Numbered from the stretch's first letter, positions 42,886-58,269 are shown. The stretch is 64,000 bases of DNA from the human T2T-CHM13v2.0 reference genome, Homo sapiens (GCF_009914755.1 NC_060925.1), one strand, 5' to 3'. Translations and numbers: made by a program. The notes: generated by a model not told the origin, from the sequence alone.

Positions 42886-45800
42886 GGTATACCTTTTCTT
42901 TTTTAAGGGCAAGTAGCATGTGACTAAGGTGGTGTTAATGATCTGTGCTTGGTAGGAAGAGAAAGGGGGCTGGTCGGGGACATGGGATTAGTAAGGGCAG
43001 AAAAAGAGAGCCAAAGGAGAGATTGGGAGTGACAGAAAATCCCCATCTAGTCCAATGGCGATAGGGTGGGGGAGAAGCAGAGCCCAATGTGTGCAGGGCC
43101 ATGCTGTGAGGCGGAAAGAACGGGGACACAGTGGATGACAGATCTTGTTTCCATTCGGGTTAATTCAGCCCTCTGAGTCTCAGTTTCCCCATCTGTGAAG
43201 CAGGAATAACAGCAGTTGTGGGGATTACAAATAACCAGTCAAATTCAGGTATTCCTTGATATTTGAACCTCTTTATCTGAATACTCATGATGATGACTTG
43301 CAAAGTTATTACCTATGATTCACTGCCCTGATTGAATACCTGCCTGACTGGTCGACTTGTGTGCCAGTGACAACATGTATGTTGTGGGTGAGCTCCTGTG
43401 AGCGTTATGTAGTGTGCACCGCAGTCCGGTTTCAGCTCTTTCTCCCTTTATTGCATTGTCCAAATGTGTTGGGCATCATTTGCTGGCATCTTCCTCACAT
43501 TATAAGTGCAAATATCTTTTAGGAAAATGCAAAACCAGGGAAGAAAGTGAGTGAGCTTAGGTGGCCTAGAAACACTCTTCATTAACAGAAAAAGCAGAAG
43601 TGATGAAGAGTGCTGAGGGCAGGGGCACGTGCACAGAATGAGGCTGGTGATGCACGTGCCCGTCACCCACGCCTGCGTCAGGCAGGCAAGCTATGATGAC
43701 AAGAGAGTGTGGCCTTGACACAAGCAGATTAGTTGTATGCAAAAACGCAATGACCAGAGCATGGTCCCAGAGCTGTACAACTGTAAGCAAAGGAAAAGCA
43801 AACAGGTATGCACTTGGATTTTTTTTTAACCCAATGATTCATTTATGGCTTCAGATAATGAGTCAGAGGCATTTACTTCCTGAATCTCAAATGTCAAAAA
43901 GAAAGGGTATCCCCAGTTCCTGGGATGTGGACACGGACCAACCTCAGGCATCTCACCTACCACTTATAGCCACCACCTCCTCCTCTTGCCCTTGTACCTC
44001 ACGGAGGAAACTATTCTATTGATTAGTGTGATTTTCAAATTTGTTTATTTATGTATTTTGTTATGCTAACTGGCACTTGTAGTCAGTACATGTTTAATAT
44101 ACCATTCAGTGTAATTTACATTACAGTAAATGTTCATTGAAAGAAAATATAACATGCATCTACTACTGTACAGTATCATTATGTATCAATAACATCAAAT
44201 GAGGTCAACACTTTGTATTATATAGAGATTATAAGGCTTCATATTGTGTAGAAACCCTTAGTTGTTTGTTAAATAGATGTTTAAGGATGTTTTACTGCTA
44301 TTTGGACAAATTGGCTGGGCTTTTTAGGTGGGCTGTGAATACAATATTAATTTTTATATTTAAAATAATGGAATATAAGCTCCTGCTGGCCAAGTTTTCT
44401 CCAGCTCTGGGAAGCCACAGTGGTTAAGGGACCTCCAAATGTTCCAAAGAACAATCTGGAAGCTTCTACAGTGATTGAGAGGAGACAAACACATCCTGGA
44501 ACTGTTAAATGACCTAAAGAATCTGGTGCTAGAGTCCCAAAATGTCAGAGGTAGGGGTAGGGGGACCTTGGAGAGCAGGCAGGCCAACCCTCCCCATTGG
44601 ACAGAAGGGAAAACTGTGGCCCACCTGGGAAGGGACTGGCCCAGGGCTGCGTGATGAATTAGGTGAAGCCTAATTCATTAGGTGGTCATTAGGTGAAGCC
44701 AGATTTCCTGCCCCCAATGCCAGTGTGTTCCCACTCATCTGGTCCATTTCAATTACTGATGGGGAAACCGAGGCCACAGACAGCAATGACTTACTTGGCC
44801 AGGGTCACTCTGCAGGCTAATGGCAGAGTCAGGAGTAAATCGGCATTCAGGCCTGTCACCATACTTGGGCACCATCAAGCCCAACCTGTCATTCAGCTGT
44901 TGAGAAGCCAGGCCCGGAAAGGGGAGCAAGAGATTGCATTTCTACCAGGGTATCGTTTTGCTGCCCCTGGTGTTCTGGGTTGGGTGGGTGGAGGGTCAGA
45001 TAAAGGTGCAATTCTCTGAGCCTGGAGAAGGCTTAGAGGGAAAGGATGATTTGGTCTGAATGGGCTGAGTAGGAGGTTCTTGAGGGACATCAGCCCTTGG
45101 GTGAATGGGGCTCTATGGGGAGGGGGATTGGTGCATGGGGCAGGGGTTGAGGCAGGAAGTGGGGTTCTTTAGAAATCCTGGGGTAGCAGGCAGGTGATTC
45201 CAGAAGAGCCTCCAGATGCTGACTCAACAAAGTCCAGGATTTCTATTCAATTTGAATGGAAACTTGTGGATTAGTGAGTTCAATTCAAAATAAGAGGACG
45301 GAGAAGAGGAAGAAAGAGAACTAAGCCCCAGCATAGAGTCTCAGAACTTGAAAGGACATCCGACTTTTTACAGATCGGGAAACTGAGACTGGGAGGGTGC
45401 GAGGACTTGGCCAAGGCCACAAGTCACAGTCAGGACCAGAACCAGCCCCTCCTGTCCAGCTGTCTTCCCACCCATCCAATTTTGGCACATTGAGATTTTG
45501 CAACACTGACAGCTGGGCTTGCTGTGATTTTTAGAATCTGTCAACAGAGGGAGCAGCTGGCTCTTTCCCGGAATCTGAGCCTTTTCATGGGTCTGCCTGA
45601 ATCCCTGAGGTCACTCTTGGAGTCCAGGCTGTCACCAGCCCTCTCCATCCACAGACCCTCCCAGCTCTTAGCTCTTTGTCTTGGTTCCCAGACAAGATTT
45701 CCTCCTCCCGCTGGCATGCAGCTTCCCCAAGTTCCAAGTTCCAGGGCTGCCCTCCCAGAACAGCAGCCGCAGAATAGCCCTGGCTGACACACTTGGGCAA

Positions 45801-46449
45801 AAAATGTATTCCAAGGAAGGCAAAGCCTTGAGGTTTCTAATCCATTTCTTACCCACAGACTGTCATTTCCTTTTTTAGAGCATAAACTCAGAGGACGCAG
45901 CTACTTCTCTCCATGAATAGGCTGTCTCCCAGGCACAGAATTCCAGGAACCAGCAGGGCCTTTCAAGGTTGGTTTCAAGGGAAGAGTGTGTCCCTTGCAG
46001 GGTGGCTGGAGCCAGCTCCAAGAGCCTGAAAAATCATCTTGGCACCAAGTCTGATGCAACTCTGGACCCAACAGGAATCTTGGAGGATTTGCCACAACCT
46101 TAGTCATTCACCTTCAAATCATCCACACTGATTCAGCCTCTCCTTCACTGAACAAGTATTTATTGAGCACCTACTATGTGTAACCTTCTAGGCAATATAA
46201 CTTTTTGGATACAGCAGATTAAACAAAGATCACTGCAATCACTAAATGAATATCTTGAGAGGTGGATTGTAAAAGAGACTTCTGTACTATTTTATGTGTA
46301 CATAGAATCAAGTGGGTATAGAACTTTGGTGTTGGATGGACCTGAGTTTAAACACACTCTGTTCTGTGATCTTGGTTATTTGAATTTCTCTGAGCCTCAG
46401 TTTCCTCAATCCTTAGGTGGAAATAAAAATTCCTACCTTATCCAGAATC

Positions 46450-47032
46450 AGTTAAATATAGAGTTAGCCATATGACCAGCAAGTTCATGCCTAAATTACA
46501 TAACTGAGGGAAATAAAAACATATTTTTTATCTTTCACACAAAAACTAGTATCTGAATGTTCACAGCTGCAGTATCCATAATAGCCAAAAAGTAGAAACA
46601 ACTAAAATGTCTGTCAACCAAACAGTAAGTAAACAAAATGTTTTATATCATACAATGGAATATTACTCAGCAATAAAAAGGAATGAACTGATACATGCTT
46701 CAACATGGAGGAACCTTGAAAACATTATGCCACATGAAAGAAGCCAGATCTCATATTGTATGTTTCCATTTATGTGAAACGTTTAGAATAGGCAAATCCA
46801 TAGAGACAGAAAGTAGATGAGTCGTTGCCTCAGGCTGGGGGAAATGAGGAATTAGGGTGTGATAGTTAAGAGGTGTGAGATTTCTTTTCAGGGTGATGGA
46901 AATGTTTTAAAATTGATGATGATGGATGCACAACTCTGTGAATATACTGAAAGCTACCGAATTGTACACTTTAAATGAGTGAGTTTTACAGTATATAAAT
47001 TATATATCATAAAGTTGTAAAAAGAAAAAAAT
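46450..47032 (+). mobile_element. L1M (L1MB/MC-like) 3' end inserted in a MIR
   Basis: ATACAATGGAATATTACTCAGCAATAAAAAGGAATGAAC...GAACCTTGAAAACATTATG...A-rich tail. Confidence 0.8.
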
Positions 47033-47070
47033 CTTACCACGTAGGGCTCTTTCAGGATTAAATGAGCTAA

Positions 47071-47464
<394 letters not shown>

Positions 47465-47880
47465 TTACAGTCTGGCTTATACAAAAGGTTAAAATTATGT
47501 CCGTTGTCAACATAAGGATGATAGAAACTTTGGTAATCAGTGTTTTGCCTTGAACAGATGTTCTTTCCTTACTCCCAGTCCCTGCCCTTTCTCTGCCCGT
47601 TGACATCCTAGATGTATCACAACCCGGCTCAGAAGTCATCTCTTTGAAGCCTCCTTATTGGTGTAACTAAAAACCCTGGGGCATTTTTAGTGACCCCCAA
47701 AAGGGGCATTCAGAGACACACTCTTGTCACCATCTGGCTTTCTTCCAAATTCTTTGTGAACACACCATCTTTCCATGTGTCCTGCTTTCTGCATCCAGCG
47801 CCATGGCACCTGGCACAGCAGGGATGATCCTCTAATGAGTGTTCACAACACACATGCTCTGTCTTCCTTGCCACAGCACC

Positions 47881-48472
47881 TGCAGAAGGCAGAATTCTGA
47901 GATGGCTCTCATAGCCTTTGCCCTCCGATGTTAATGTTTTGATTATGTGACATGGCAAGAGGAATTCTGTAGATGAAATTAAGATTACTAATCAGCAGAC
48001 CTTAAGGTAGGAGATGGGTGGGTCTAACCTAATCATGGGAGCCCTTTAAAAGCAGAGAGTTTTCTTTGGCTAGTGGTAGAAAAGGCAGTCAGACAGGTTT
48101 AAGGCACGAGGCAGACTTGGCTTGAGGGAGGTTTTCCCTTGCTGGGTTGGAGGGGGCTAGGGGGCAGCCACTAGGAGCAGAGATTGGCCCCCTGGCTGAC
48201 AGCAGGAAAGAAAATGAGGACCTCAGTCCTATGACAAGGACCTGGATTCTGCCAACAACCTGGATTACCTTGGAAGCAGATTCTTCCCCTAAGCCTCCAG
48301 ACAAGAGGCCAGCCCAGCCAACACCTTGCCTTTGACTTTGACAGACCCTACGCAGAGAACCCAGTTGACTCCAGCTAGATTTCTAACTTACAGAAATATG
48401 AGATAATAAATATATGTTATTTTAAACTGCTAAGTTTATAATAATTTGTTGTGTAGCAATAGAAAACTAATG
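47881..48472 (+). mobile_element. MLT1 (D/E-like) MaLR LTR
   Basis: TTCTGCCAACAACCTGGA...GATAATAAAT...GCAATAGAAAACTAAT end. Confidence 0.75.
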
Positions 48473-48593
48473 AGGCACCCATCTCTGGAGAGAAGTTTTA
48501 CCCCTATTTTTTAAGTGATGAGGTCCAGGGAGGTATGGTTGCTTGGCCAAGATTGCACAGCACATGAGTGACAGGCTGAGCTACAGCCTAGGG

Positions 48594-49220
48594 CAGGGGC
48601 CAGCAAACATTTTTTGTAAAGGTTTAGATAGCAAATATTTAGGCTTTGTGAGCTATACAGTTTCTGTCATAACTATTTCCTTCTAACATCGTAGCACAAA
48701 AGTAGTATGTAAAGAATGAGCACAACTGTGTTCCAATAAAACTTTTTAGAGGCTACATTTTGAATTTCATAAAATTCTGTATGTAATGAAATATTCTTAT
48801 TTATTTATTTATTTTTGCGACAAAGTCTCGCTCTGTTGCCCAGGCTGGAGGGCAGTGGCATGATCTTGGCCACTGCAACCTCTGCCTCCCAGGTTCAAGT
48901 GATTCTCCTGCCTCAGCCCCCGAGTAGCTGGGATTACAGTTGCCCACCACCACACTTGGCTAATTTTTGTATTTTTAGTAGAGATGGGGTTTCACCATGT
49001 TGGCCAGGATGGTCATGAACTCCTGACCTTAAGTGATCCATCCTCCTCAGTCTCCCAGAGTGCTGGGATTATAGTCATGAGCCATCACGCCCGGCCATGA
49101 AATACTCTTTATTTTCTTCAACCATTAAAAAGATGTGGAAACTATTATTCTTAGTTGGCAGGCTGTATAAAAACGGGCAGTGAGCCAGGTCTGGTCTATG
49201 AGCCACAGTTTGCCAGCACT
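48594..49220 (+). mobile_element. MER58B-like hAT element interrupted by an Alu
   Basis: CAGGGGCCAGCAAAC...GTTTGCCAGCACTC ends; Alu TSD ATGAAATA(T/C)TCTT. Confidence 0.75.
48797..49096 (-). repeat. AluS
   Basis: Alu consensus with (ATTT)n tail. Confidence 0.9.
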
Positions 49221-49737
49221 CCCCAGGTGCCCGACTCCTAGCCCAGGGTGTCAGTGATTATCAATAGGGCTAAGGGGTGGTACAAAGCGTGCTGGACACC
49301 AAGGCTCTGTGTCTAGGTCCCTGTTGTACTTCAGATTTGCTACGTGACTTCAGGCAACTCACTTTCCTTTTCTGGGCCTATAAATCAAAGCAGGGTAATG
49401 GCATTCAAATCTTTTCTCTACGCACCCCCCTACCCCCAGGGACTTTTCCAAAGCAAAGCTAATACAGAACTCTAGCTTCAAAAGCTGACCTAAAGGGCAC
49501 CTGCTCTGACTGGCCGGGGAATGTGGTTGGGGTCCCTGTCCACTTCCTCTCGTTCCACTCCCAGGAGCTCCAGAGTCTCTGTAGAACACAGTGTGCAAAC
49601 CTTTGAACCAGCCAGTCTCTAAAACCTAACTAAGGCAGTCTAAACCAGGGATTCTCAACCCGGTGCTTGACATCTGGGACTGGATAATTCTTTGTTGGGG
49701 GTGCTGTCCTGTCCTGTGCATTGTAGGTTGCTACTAG

Positions 49738-50031
<294 letters not shown>

Positions 50032-52659
50032 TGATTTCTTTTAACTTACTGACATTTTCTGATTTTTCTGCAATGTACAGCAATTTCTTTTCACTGAAAA
50101 AAAAAAAAAAAAAAAAAAGAAGAAGAAGGCAGGCATGCAGTTTTGTTTTTGTCAGTGTGCTCAGGGCTAGGATGGATGGACCTGTAAATCCCTTTGGAAG
50201 CCTGGAAGAGGGACCAGATTATACTACTTTGGGACACTGAGAAGTCACCTAGAAAAGGTGACCTGTAACCTGAGTTTTAAGGGAAGTGCATGAGCTCACC
50301 AGGTGAGGAAAGGGCCTTTGTGACCAAGGTGTGGCATTGTCCCTGGGACACAGTGAACAGTGAGTTCAGGCATGATATGGTAGGGAGCACAGGAAGTGAA
50401 GCTGGGAGGTGGCCAGGGATTTGGTTACAAGACTGTGGATGCTTGGAGCTGGGGTTGTTATTCTGAGGGCAGTGGGGGAGCCATTGAAAGGTTTGGCAGG
50501 TGAGAGACTGATGGGGATGCTGGTCTGGAAGCTCAAGCTGGTGTCTCATGAAGGGCAGTCAGCTTGGGGGCAGAGAGGCCAGTGAGAGGCAGGAGCAGGA
50601 ACACAGGCTGTAACAAAGAGGGGACAATGTGGCAAAAACTGGAGAAGTGCATACGGGTCTGGAAGATTCAGACTGACATGGATTTCAGCACCTCCTCTCC
50701 CCAATCCCCACTTATTAGCTGTGAGCCCTGGGCAATGCACTTCTCTCTGAGCCTCCATGACTTAGCTGAGGTGACAACGAAATGGGAAGAGTATGTGGCT
50801 GGTGACATGTGATAAGTGGGTACAAATGGTAGCTCCCTTCCCTACCCGCTTGAGGCAGAAGCTGATGGCCAGTTTTCTTCTGAGTCGCCCAGCCGAGCCA
50901 GGGAAATTCTGAGTGTGCTTGTTTAGAGAGGGTCACCACCATGCCTGGGCAGCATCGCAGATCTGACGCTGGGACCAGTTTCTGAAAGGTGGGGAAGAAG
51001 ACAGAGCCAGAAAACCTGGGTTAGATTCCTGGATTTCAATTAGCACCCAGGCCCAGCCCCTTCTGGTCCCAGCTGTACTGCATCCGGCTGGGTCCTGAGC
51101 CAAGTGACACCTGGTCCCTGCACTCAGGAGGTCCCCATAAACTAGGGGAGATTCACAAATAGAGCCATTGTGTCATGTGAGGACATACCCTGGCCAGCTC
51201 CTCAGGCTAAGGTCTTACTAAACCCCAATAGCTATTCTAGGAAGGAGGTGCCATTGTCTCTATTTTACAGATAAAGATGTGGCCAGTCTTCTGGTCTGAA
51301 AGTGGCTAAGGCAGGAAGGAACCGTGACTTGTCCAGTTCCAGGGCCTGAGCTTCCAGCCTGGCCCAGGGATTCAGGTTGAAGCAGGGCCCGAGGGGTGTG
51401 CTAGCAACATCAGCCTGTCCAGGCCTGGACCCCAACATCAGCAACCTGTGACTCACTTCTGGGACTACACAGGCAGGGCTGGGAGGGTCCATTTTGACCA
51501 GTGAGGGGCCCACAACACACACAGATGCCTGCCCTGTGGAAATGAGTGGAGCCAAAAGCTCTGTGGCCTCCAGCTTCCCATTCATATCTCCCCTGTGCCT
51601 ACAAGGGTGCAAAGAGGGCTGCCAGTGGCCTTGGTCCCACCTACAGACTGAAAGTCAAAGGAAGTCTGCCTGGTCCTTGTCTCAGCTCTGTAGCCTTGCA
51701 CACACAGGCCTGTGCCCTTCTCTGAGCCTTAGTTTCCTGGTGGGATATTTCTTCAGAGACAGAGTTTGGGGGCCCAGGGCCCTGCCGCTGACCTGCTCTG
51801 TGACTTGGAGCCAGTGGCTTCCTCTCTCTGGGCTTCAGATCCCTGCTGGCCAGGCTGCTCCACCTTCTATCCTTGGGCTGGGAAGAGAGTTAGTCACCCC
51901 CAGCTCACTGGGGAATCTAGGCCATGCCAGTGGCAAGCTGGCCCCAGTCCCCCGGCTTGCTGGAGTAGCAGGAAAGGGCAAGAACAAAACCCAGACCCCA
52001 GCTGGTTCTGGAAATGGCTTCCCTTGGCCCACATGAACTTGTCAGGATCTCACCAGCCTGTGACTTCACCTACATGCTGCTCCTTCTGCCTGGATGCTGT
52101 TGTCCACTCCTACTCTCCTAAGACACCTCAGATGTCCTCTCACGGAAAGATTCTTACACACACGCACACACACGCGCACACACGCGCGCGCACGTAACCC
52201 TTCCTCCAGGCTCCCAAATCACCTGTCCACAAAAACTGCCTTCAGTAGCCACTTAACCTGCATGCTTAAGGCATTCAATCCTCACAGAACTGTGAGTTAG
52301 GGATTATCAGTTCTCCTTGAGGGAGGAAGGTTCAGAGAAGTTAGGTGACACATCTTCAGTCCCTCTCCGGGGCCTCCACTGGCTGGGGCAGTGACGCCGG
52401 TAACGGGGAGCACTTTAATGCTGGTCATTATCGCTGAGAACGCCTTCCTCCCCAGGAACTAGGGTCCTGGAGGGACGGGAGGGCTTGCTGTCTGACTGCT
52501 GTGAAAAAGCAGGTTCGGGCAACGCAGTCTGCAGCAAACACCTCGGCAAGTGCCTTTCCCCTGTCTGGGCCTCAGTTTCCCTTTCTATAAAATGGGGGTG
52601 AACAGGACTGGGCTCGGGACTCCTAAGCCCTGTCCGGCTGAGCGTTAACGGCTCGGAGG

Positions 52660-53440
52660 AGTTTGTCTCCATTTCCAAGCCCGCCCTGGAGCGCTCGCGG
52701 GGGCGTGACGGCCCCCAGGACCCAAGGTTCCGATCCGCGCCAAGGCGTTCCGGTCAGCAGCAGCCCCGCGGCTCCTCGGGCCCCGCCGCGCTGGCAAGCC
52801 CCAGTCCCCGCCAGCCCAATCGTGCTGGCGCTTTAAGGACGGGCGGGGCGGGCTGGGCGACAGCGCTGGACACCTGGAGCTGCCCGAGGACGCGGAGGAG
52901 AGGTGGGGCGGGCGTCACCACCGGAGTGGAGGGAGAGGCCCGGGTCCCGCGCTCCCCTGGGCGCCCCACGGCAGCCTCAGAGCCCCGCGGGGAGCGCGCA
53001 GCCCTCGGGGCGGGCGCCGGGGTGAGGCCTGGCTCGGTCCCTGCGCACCGGGTGCGGGCGGCGGAGAGGGCGCGGCTGGTGAGCCCTGGGAGGGCCCAGG
53101 AGCCAGACCTCGGTTTTGCGGGCTGGGGAGCAGGGCTCGGGGGCAGCGGCCAGGCCCCTCCGCCCCTAACACCCGCGCCTCCTGCAGACCCGAGGGTCGC
53201 CGCTGGTAGGGTCGCTCAGCCCTGCCGTCCTTCACCACCACACCTTCACCTGCGCCCAGCTCCCTGCGCGCCTGGACAGCGCCTGCTGCCCGCCTCCCGA
53301 TGGCCCTGCCCCAGGTGGGTGGAAACGGCCTTCTCCCTCCTTTACGGGCACTCAGCCCCTTCTGTCGTCGACCTTGCCCCGACCCCTTCCCCTAACCTCG
53401 GTCACCGTGGCTTGGTGGGCAGTGTGGACACCCGGGGCTC
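52660..53440 (+). promoter_or_regulatory. TMEM61: TMEM61 CpG-island promoter and 5' UTR
   Basis: Dense CpG and high GC; CCAAT at 52816-52820, TATA-like TTTAAG at 52832-52837, overlapping GC boxes GGGCGGGGCGGG at 52841-52852. Confidence 0.85.
53300..53314 (+). CDS. TMEM61: TMEM61 coding part of first coding exon (M-A-L-P-Q)
   Basis: ATGGCCCTGCCCCAG followed by donor GTGGGT inside the CpG island; a phase-0 join to exon 2 gives [19 protein letters not shown]..., the TMEM61 N-terminus as I recall it. Confidence 0.88.
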
Positions 53441-53569
53441 TGCCTGGGTTTTATCTTGCTGGGTGGCTTGAGGCCATGGCACTCAGGGCCTCAATTGGGG
53501 AACAAGAACAAATTCTTGTTCGGACAGTTTCGTCTTTACAGAAAGCGGCATCTAAAGTGCCCTTATTGG

Positions 53570-53875
53570 GGCCTGGTGCGGTGGCTCACGCCTGTAATCC
53601 CAGCACTTTGGGAGGCCGAGGCGGGCTGATAACTTGAGGTCAGGAGTTCGAGACCAGCCTGGGCAACATGATGAAACCCTGTCTCTACTAAAAATACAAA
53701 AATTAGCCGGGCATGGTGGCGGGCGCTTGTAATCCTAGCTGCTTAGGAAGCTGAGGCAGGAGAATCACTTGAACTCAGGAGGCAGAGGGTGCAATGAGCC
53801 GAGATCGCAGGACTGCCCTCCAGCCTGGGCGACAGAGCAAGATGGAATCTCAAACAAAACAAAACAAAACAAAAA
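53570..53875 (+). repeat. AluS in TMEM61 intron 1
   Basis: Alu consensus; TSD AAA(G/A)TGCCCTTATTGG. Confidence 0.9.
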
Positions 53876-55309
53876 TGCCCTTATTGGTATGGAGTAGGGC
53901 ACGGAGAATGGCATGGCGTTCCATCCTGGCTTTGTGCAGGAGTGGGTGCAGGAGGGAGGCTCTGTCCTCCGGACTCTCCTGACAGGAGCAGGGCCTTTCT
54001 ACTAGACTTTTACTGAAGATGCTGCCCCCTTGCCAGGGGGCAGATGATAGATTCAGGCTGGCCCTGCCACCAGTGAGCAGATAGGGCAAGATGAAGGGCA
54101 GGGACAGGTGCTGAGCACTGCTGTGGAAATAAAAATAATCATAATAAGAATAAATTTTATTTTAATATATTCTCATTCTGAGAAGCAATATGGTATTATT
54201 GTGCCCATTTACAGGGGAGGACACTAAGGCGTGGAGAAGCTGGATCCTGCCAGTGTCAGAGCAGGGTGCATCCTCGGTCCAGCCTTGTGTCCCTGTGCCT
54301 CACTTACAGCCTGCCGTCTTGCCATCTCATTTTCATTACCTGCTTTCCCCTTGCAGGCAGGGATTTGAACTCAGAGATGCTGGGTGGTCACAGAGCTAAC
54401 AGGGAATGACCACTGTAGTCAGAGGGGGTGATCAATGGATGCATCTGATTCCCGGAAAACCCTCCTCTGGCTGGAGGGAGGTGGGGGCAGCTTCTGTAGA
54501 CAGCCTTCTGGGAAGGGGTGCAATGAGGGTCCTGGATGTGAGCAGAGGGCGCTCCAGGTGGAAGGAGCACAGGTCTAGTAGAGGGTCCAGGTGAAAGGAG
54601 TTTGGGTGAGAACACCCTGCTGATAGTGACATCCCTGACCTATAATAATAAGGAAAACAACCACTGCACAATGGAACAGGCTGCCCTTCATCCAGTGGAC
54701 ATTGACCTTCTCCACCCCAACCGTCCCCCAGGATGGCAGGTTAGCATGTGCCCTGCCTGCTGTGGGGGATCCACATGGAAGGAGCGAGACCCACACAGAA
54801 AATGACCCCGACCCCATGTGAGAACACGCAAAGGGCAGTTGCAGGGGCTAGTCTGAGGCCCGGGAGGAGTTAAGCTGGGAAGGAGGGCCATGCATTCTAA
54901 AGAGTGAGAGCTGCCCGTGCCAAAGACAAGTACATCTATTTGCAGCGTGGTCTCAACTTTCTATATTAAAAAATATTGATAGACCTAGCTGTACACACAG
55001 ACAGGGATTTGACTCAGACTAGACCTGGGTCCAAATCCAGCAGTAACCCTAGTGGACAAATTGTCACCCTATTATGGTCACCAATTGTGGAGAAATTGTC
55101 ACCCTAGTGGCCACAGTGTCTTTAGGACACAGTGCTGTTGTGGGGATTAAGTGAGGGGACACCTGTAAAGTCCTTGGCATGGTGCCCAGCCTGGTAAATG
55201 CCCAGCCTGATAAATGCACAGCACACATCTGCTGCTGCCATCATCCTGTATGCAGGACAAGGGGGCAATGAACAGGAAACAGCCACCTGGGGATTTTGCT
55301 AATCTTTGA

Positions 55310-55801
<492 letters not shown>

Positions 55802-57453
55802 TGAGAACCCTGCTGTACCTGGCTTTGGACCAGGTCCTTCACTTTTTTGGGCTCACTCTCCTCATTTGTAAAATGGGACTTTTCATCTGGCCTGCCCACC
55901 TGTAGGGAGGCAGGTGCGATGCTAGGTATAAAGGGGGACTGTTGAGTACCATAACATACAGGCAGTGGTTACTGTTCTTGATTTGCTTGTGTGTTTTGTT
56001 TTTTGAATTTTTTTTCCCAGAAGCAGGTTTCTCCTCTTGACAGCCTCTCCTAGCTCTTTGACTTTGGGGATGGGGGACTGGGAGTAGTCAGAATTTTTTG
56101 CTCCCTACATGAAAAGGCTTTGAGCTGGAGACAGGAGGCACTTGCCCCCTGGACAGATTCACAGGAAGAGAACTGCAGGTAATTTACGAATGGAATTTCT
56201 CTATATGCATCCAGAGGTCTAGGGGTGCAGAAAGATTGAGGTCCACTCCCAGAGCGCCCCTTTTACATGTGTACATTCTCTCTCTCTCACACACACATGC
56301 ACACACACACACACGTGTGTTTTTAAACACATTTGGTAACATGCCCTTTTGAAATCTAAAGTTTCACCTACTGCATCTTGAACATTTGCCATGCCCTTCA
56401 GCTCCCATGGGATCATGCCTTTGAGCAGCCGCGCAGCAGTATGTCATTTGGATATATTGTTGTTGGCTGGGCAAGCCCCACTTGGAAGGGATTTGTGATC
56501 ACTGAAGCCTCTCTTTAAGGTCTGTGGCCCCCGCTGCCTGCTTCACTGGCTCAGCCTCTGGAAGAGGAGACAGTGCTTCTGCAAATCCTCCTAGCAGCCT
56601 CCTAGAGAGCCTGCCTTTTATCCGATGAGGAAGCAGGCCCGGGGCAGGTGAGAGGCTTATCCCATGATACAGCTGTAGAGGGGGGACCAAAGCCGGGACT
56701 GTCCTTCATGTCCCTGTGCTGTGGCAGCTGGAATCCTGCACTGCCTCCTCTCTCCCAGCTCTTCACAACTGTGAGGGTGGATTTTCACCCAACCAGCATT
56801 GATTTATCCAGCAACACTTTCCCTCAGTTCAGAGGATTTATTGAGCAGCTATTATATGCTAGGCACTGAGGGGATATAGTGGTGAACAAGGCCAGCATGG
56901 ACCCTGCCCTCAGGGAGCTCACAGACCGGGGAGTGGGATAAGTGAAGCAGAAGTTAAGCACAGGTTTCTGCTGTGGCAAAGGTGGCCCAGGGCACTTAGG
57001 GGTTTAAAGTTAAAGTGTCTTCAGAGAAGGCTTCCCTGGTGAGGCTGAGCTGAGCCTTGAGGGGAGCTAATGGGAAGTTACAGGTACAGGGACTGGAAGG
57101 TACAATGGACAGCCTAGAAATTGGCTTTGGGGACAACTCAGACCTAGGTTTCCGCCTCCTACATCTGTGTGATCCGGGGCCAGGACCCTTCCAGGTTTTT
57201 CCCCCCGTGCATTCTTTTATTTAATTGAGACAACACTGTATGCATAATTTAGTATACTAAGTTGAAAAAAGCAAGATGTGATAAATGTTTCCTCCTCTTG
57301 TTAAACCTTTGTGCTGAGCTTGATTTTTTAAAAAAATGGGCTAATATTAATTATTCATTCTAGAGATTATGCCATAGTTTACTCACCATTTCTTTACAAT
57401 TGAACATTTTAGCACTTTCCAAATTATGACCATTATTAATAAGGCCACGGTGA

Positions 57454-57804
<351 letters not shown>

Positions 57805-58269
57805 CTATGTTGCGAATTTCGGCCTCAGACTCTTCAATATCCCTCTTTCACACTTGTTCTGGGTCTCGGTATCTTCCTCTATTCAGTAACAGTGTCCATC
57901 TCACAAGATTATGACCAGGTGAAGTCAGGCAGTGCATAACCAGCAAACCCTGATCCTGGCAGGCCTGGAGGTTCCAACATGCGTTACTTTTCTCTGTCCC
58001 AGCTTCTGTGTGGCAGTCAGGGTGGGAAGTTTTAGACCCACCAGGTAGATGGGGCCCCTGAGGCCTGGAGGGAGGCCCTGAGTGAAAGTGGTCATACTTA
58101 GCTCCTGAGATTTCCCAGTCATGGTGTTGATACATGTTTACCTCTGACCTTCAGAATAGCCCGGCAAAGTCAGGGGCATCATCTCCACTTCACAGATGAG
58201 GAAACTGAGGCCCAGAGGAGTTAAGTGACTTCTCCAAGGTTGTACAGTGACCTCAGGCAAAGGAATTAA

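Noticed and set aside
43260-44380. Possible ancient Tigger-like DNA transposon or conserved element
   Set aside because: Only vague similarity; I could not identify termini or a motif with confidence
51494-52197. Overlapping 180-aa and 143-aa ORFs upstream of TMEM61
   Set aside because: Non-ATG starts, MIR-derived segments and no protein-family features
52915-53471. Long Pro/Ala/Arg-rich ORFs on both strands of the CpG island
   Set aside because: Expected from stop-codon scarcity in GC-rich DNA; no recognisable domain
54022-54043. CTGCCCCCT/AGGGGGCAG palindrome as a double CTCF site
   Set aside because: Short inverted repeat with weak 5' halves; compatible with chance
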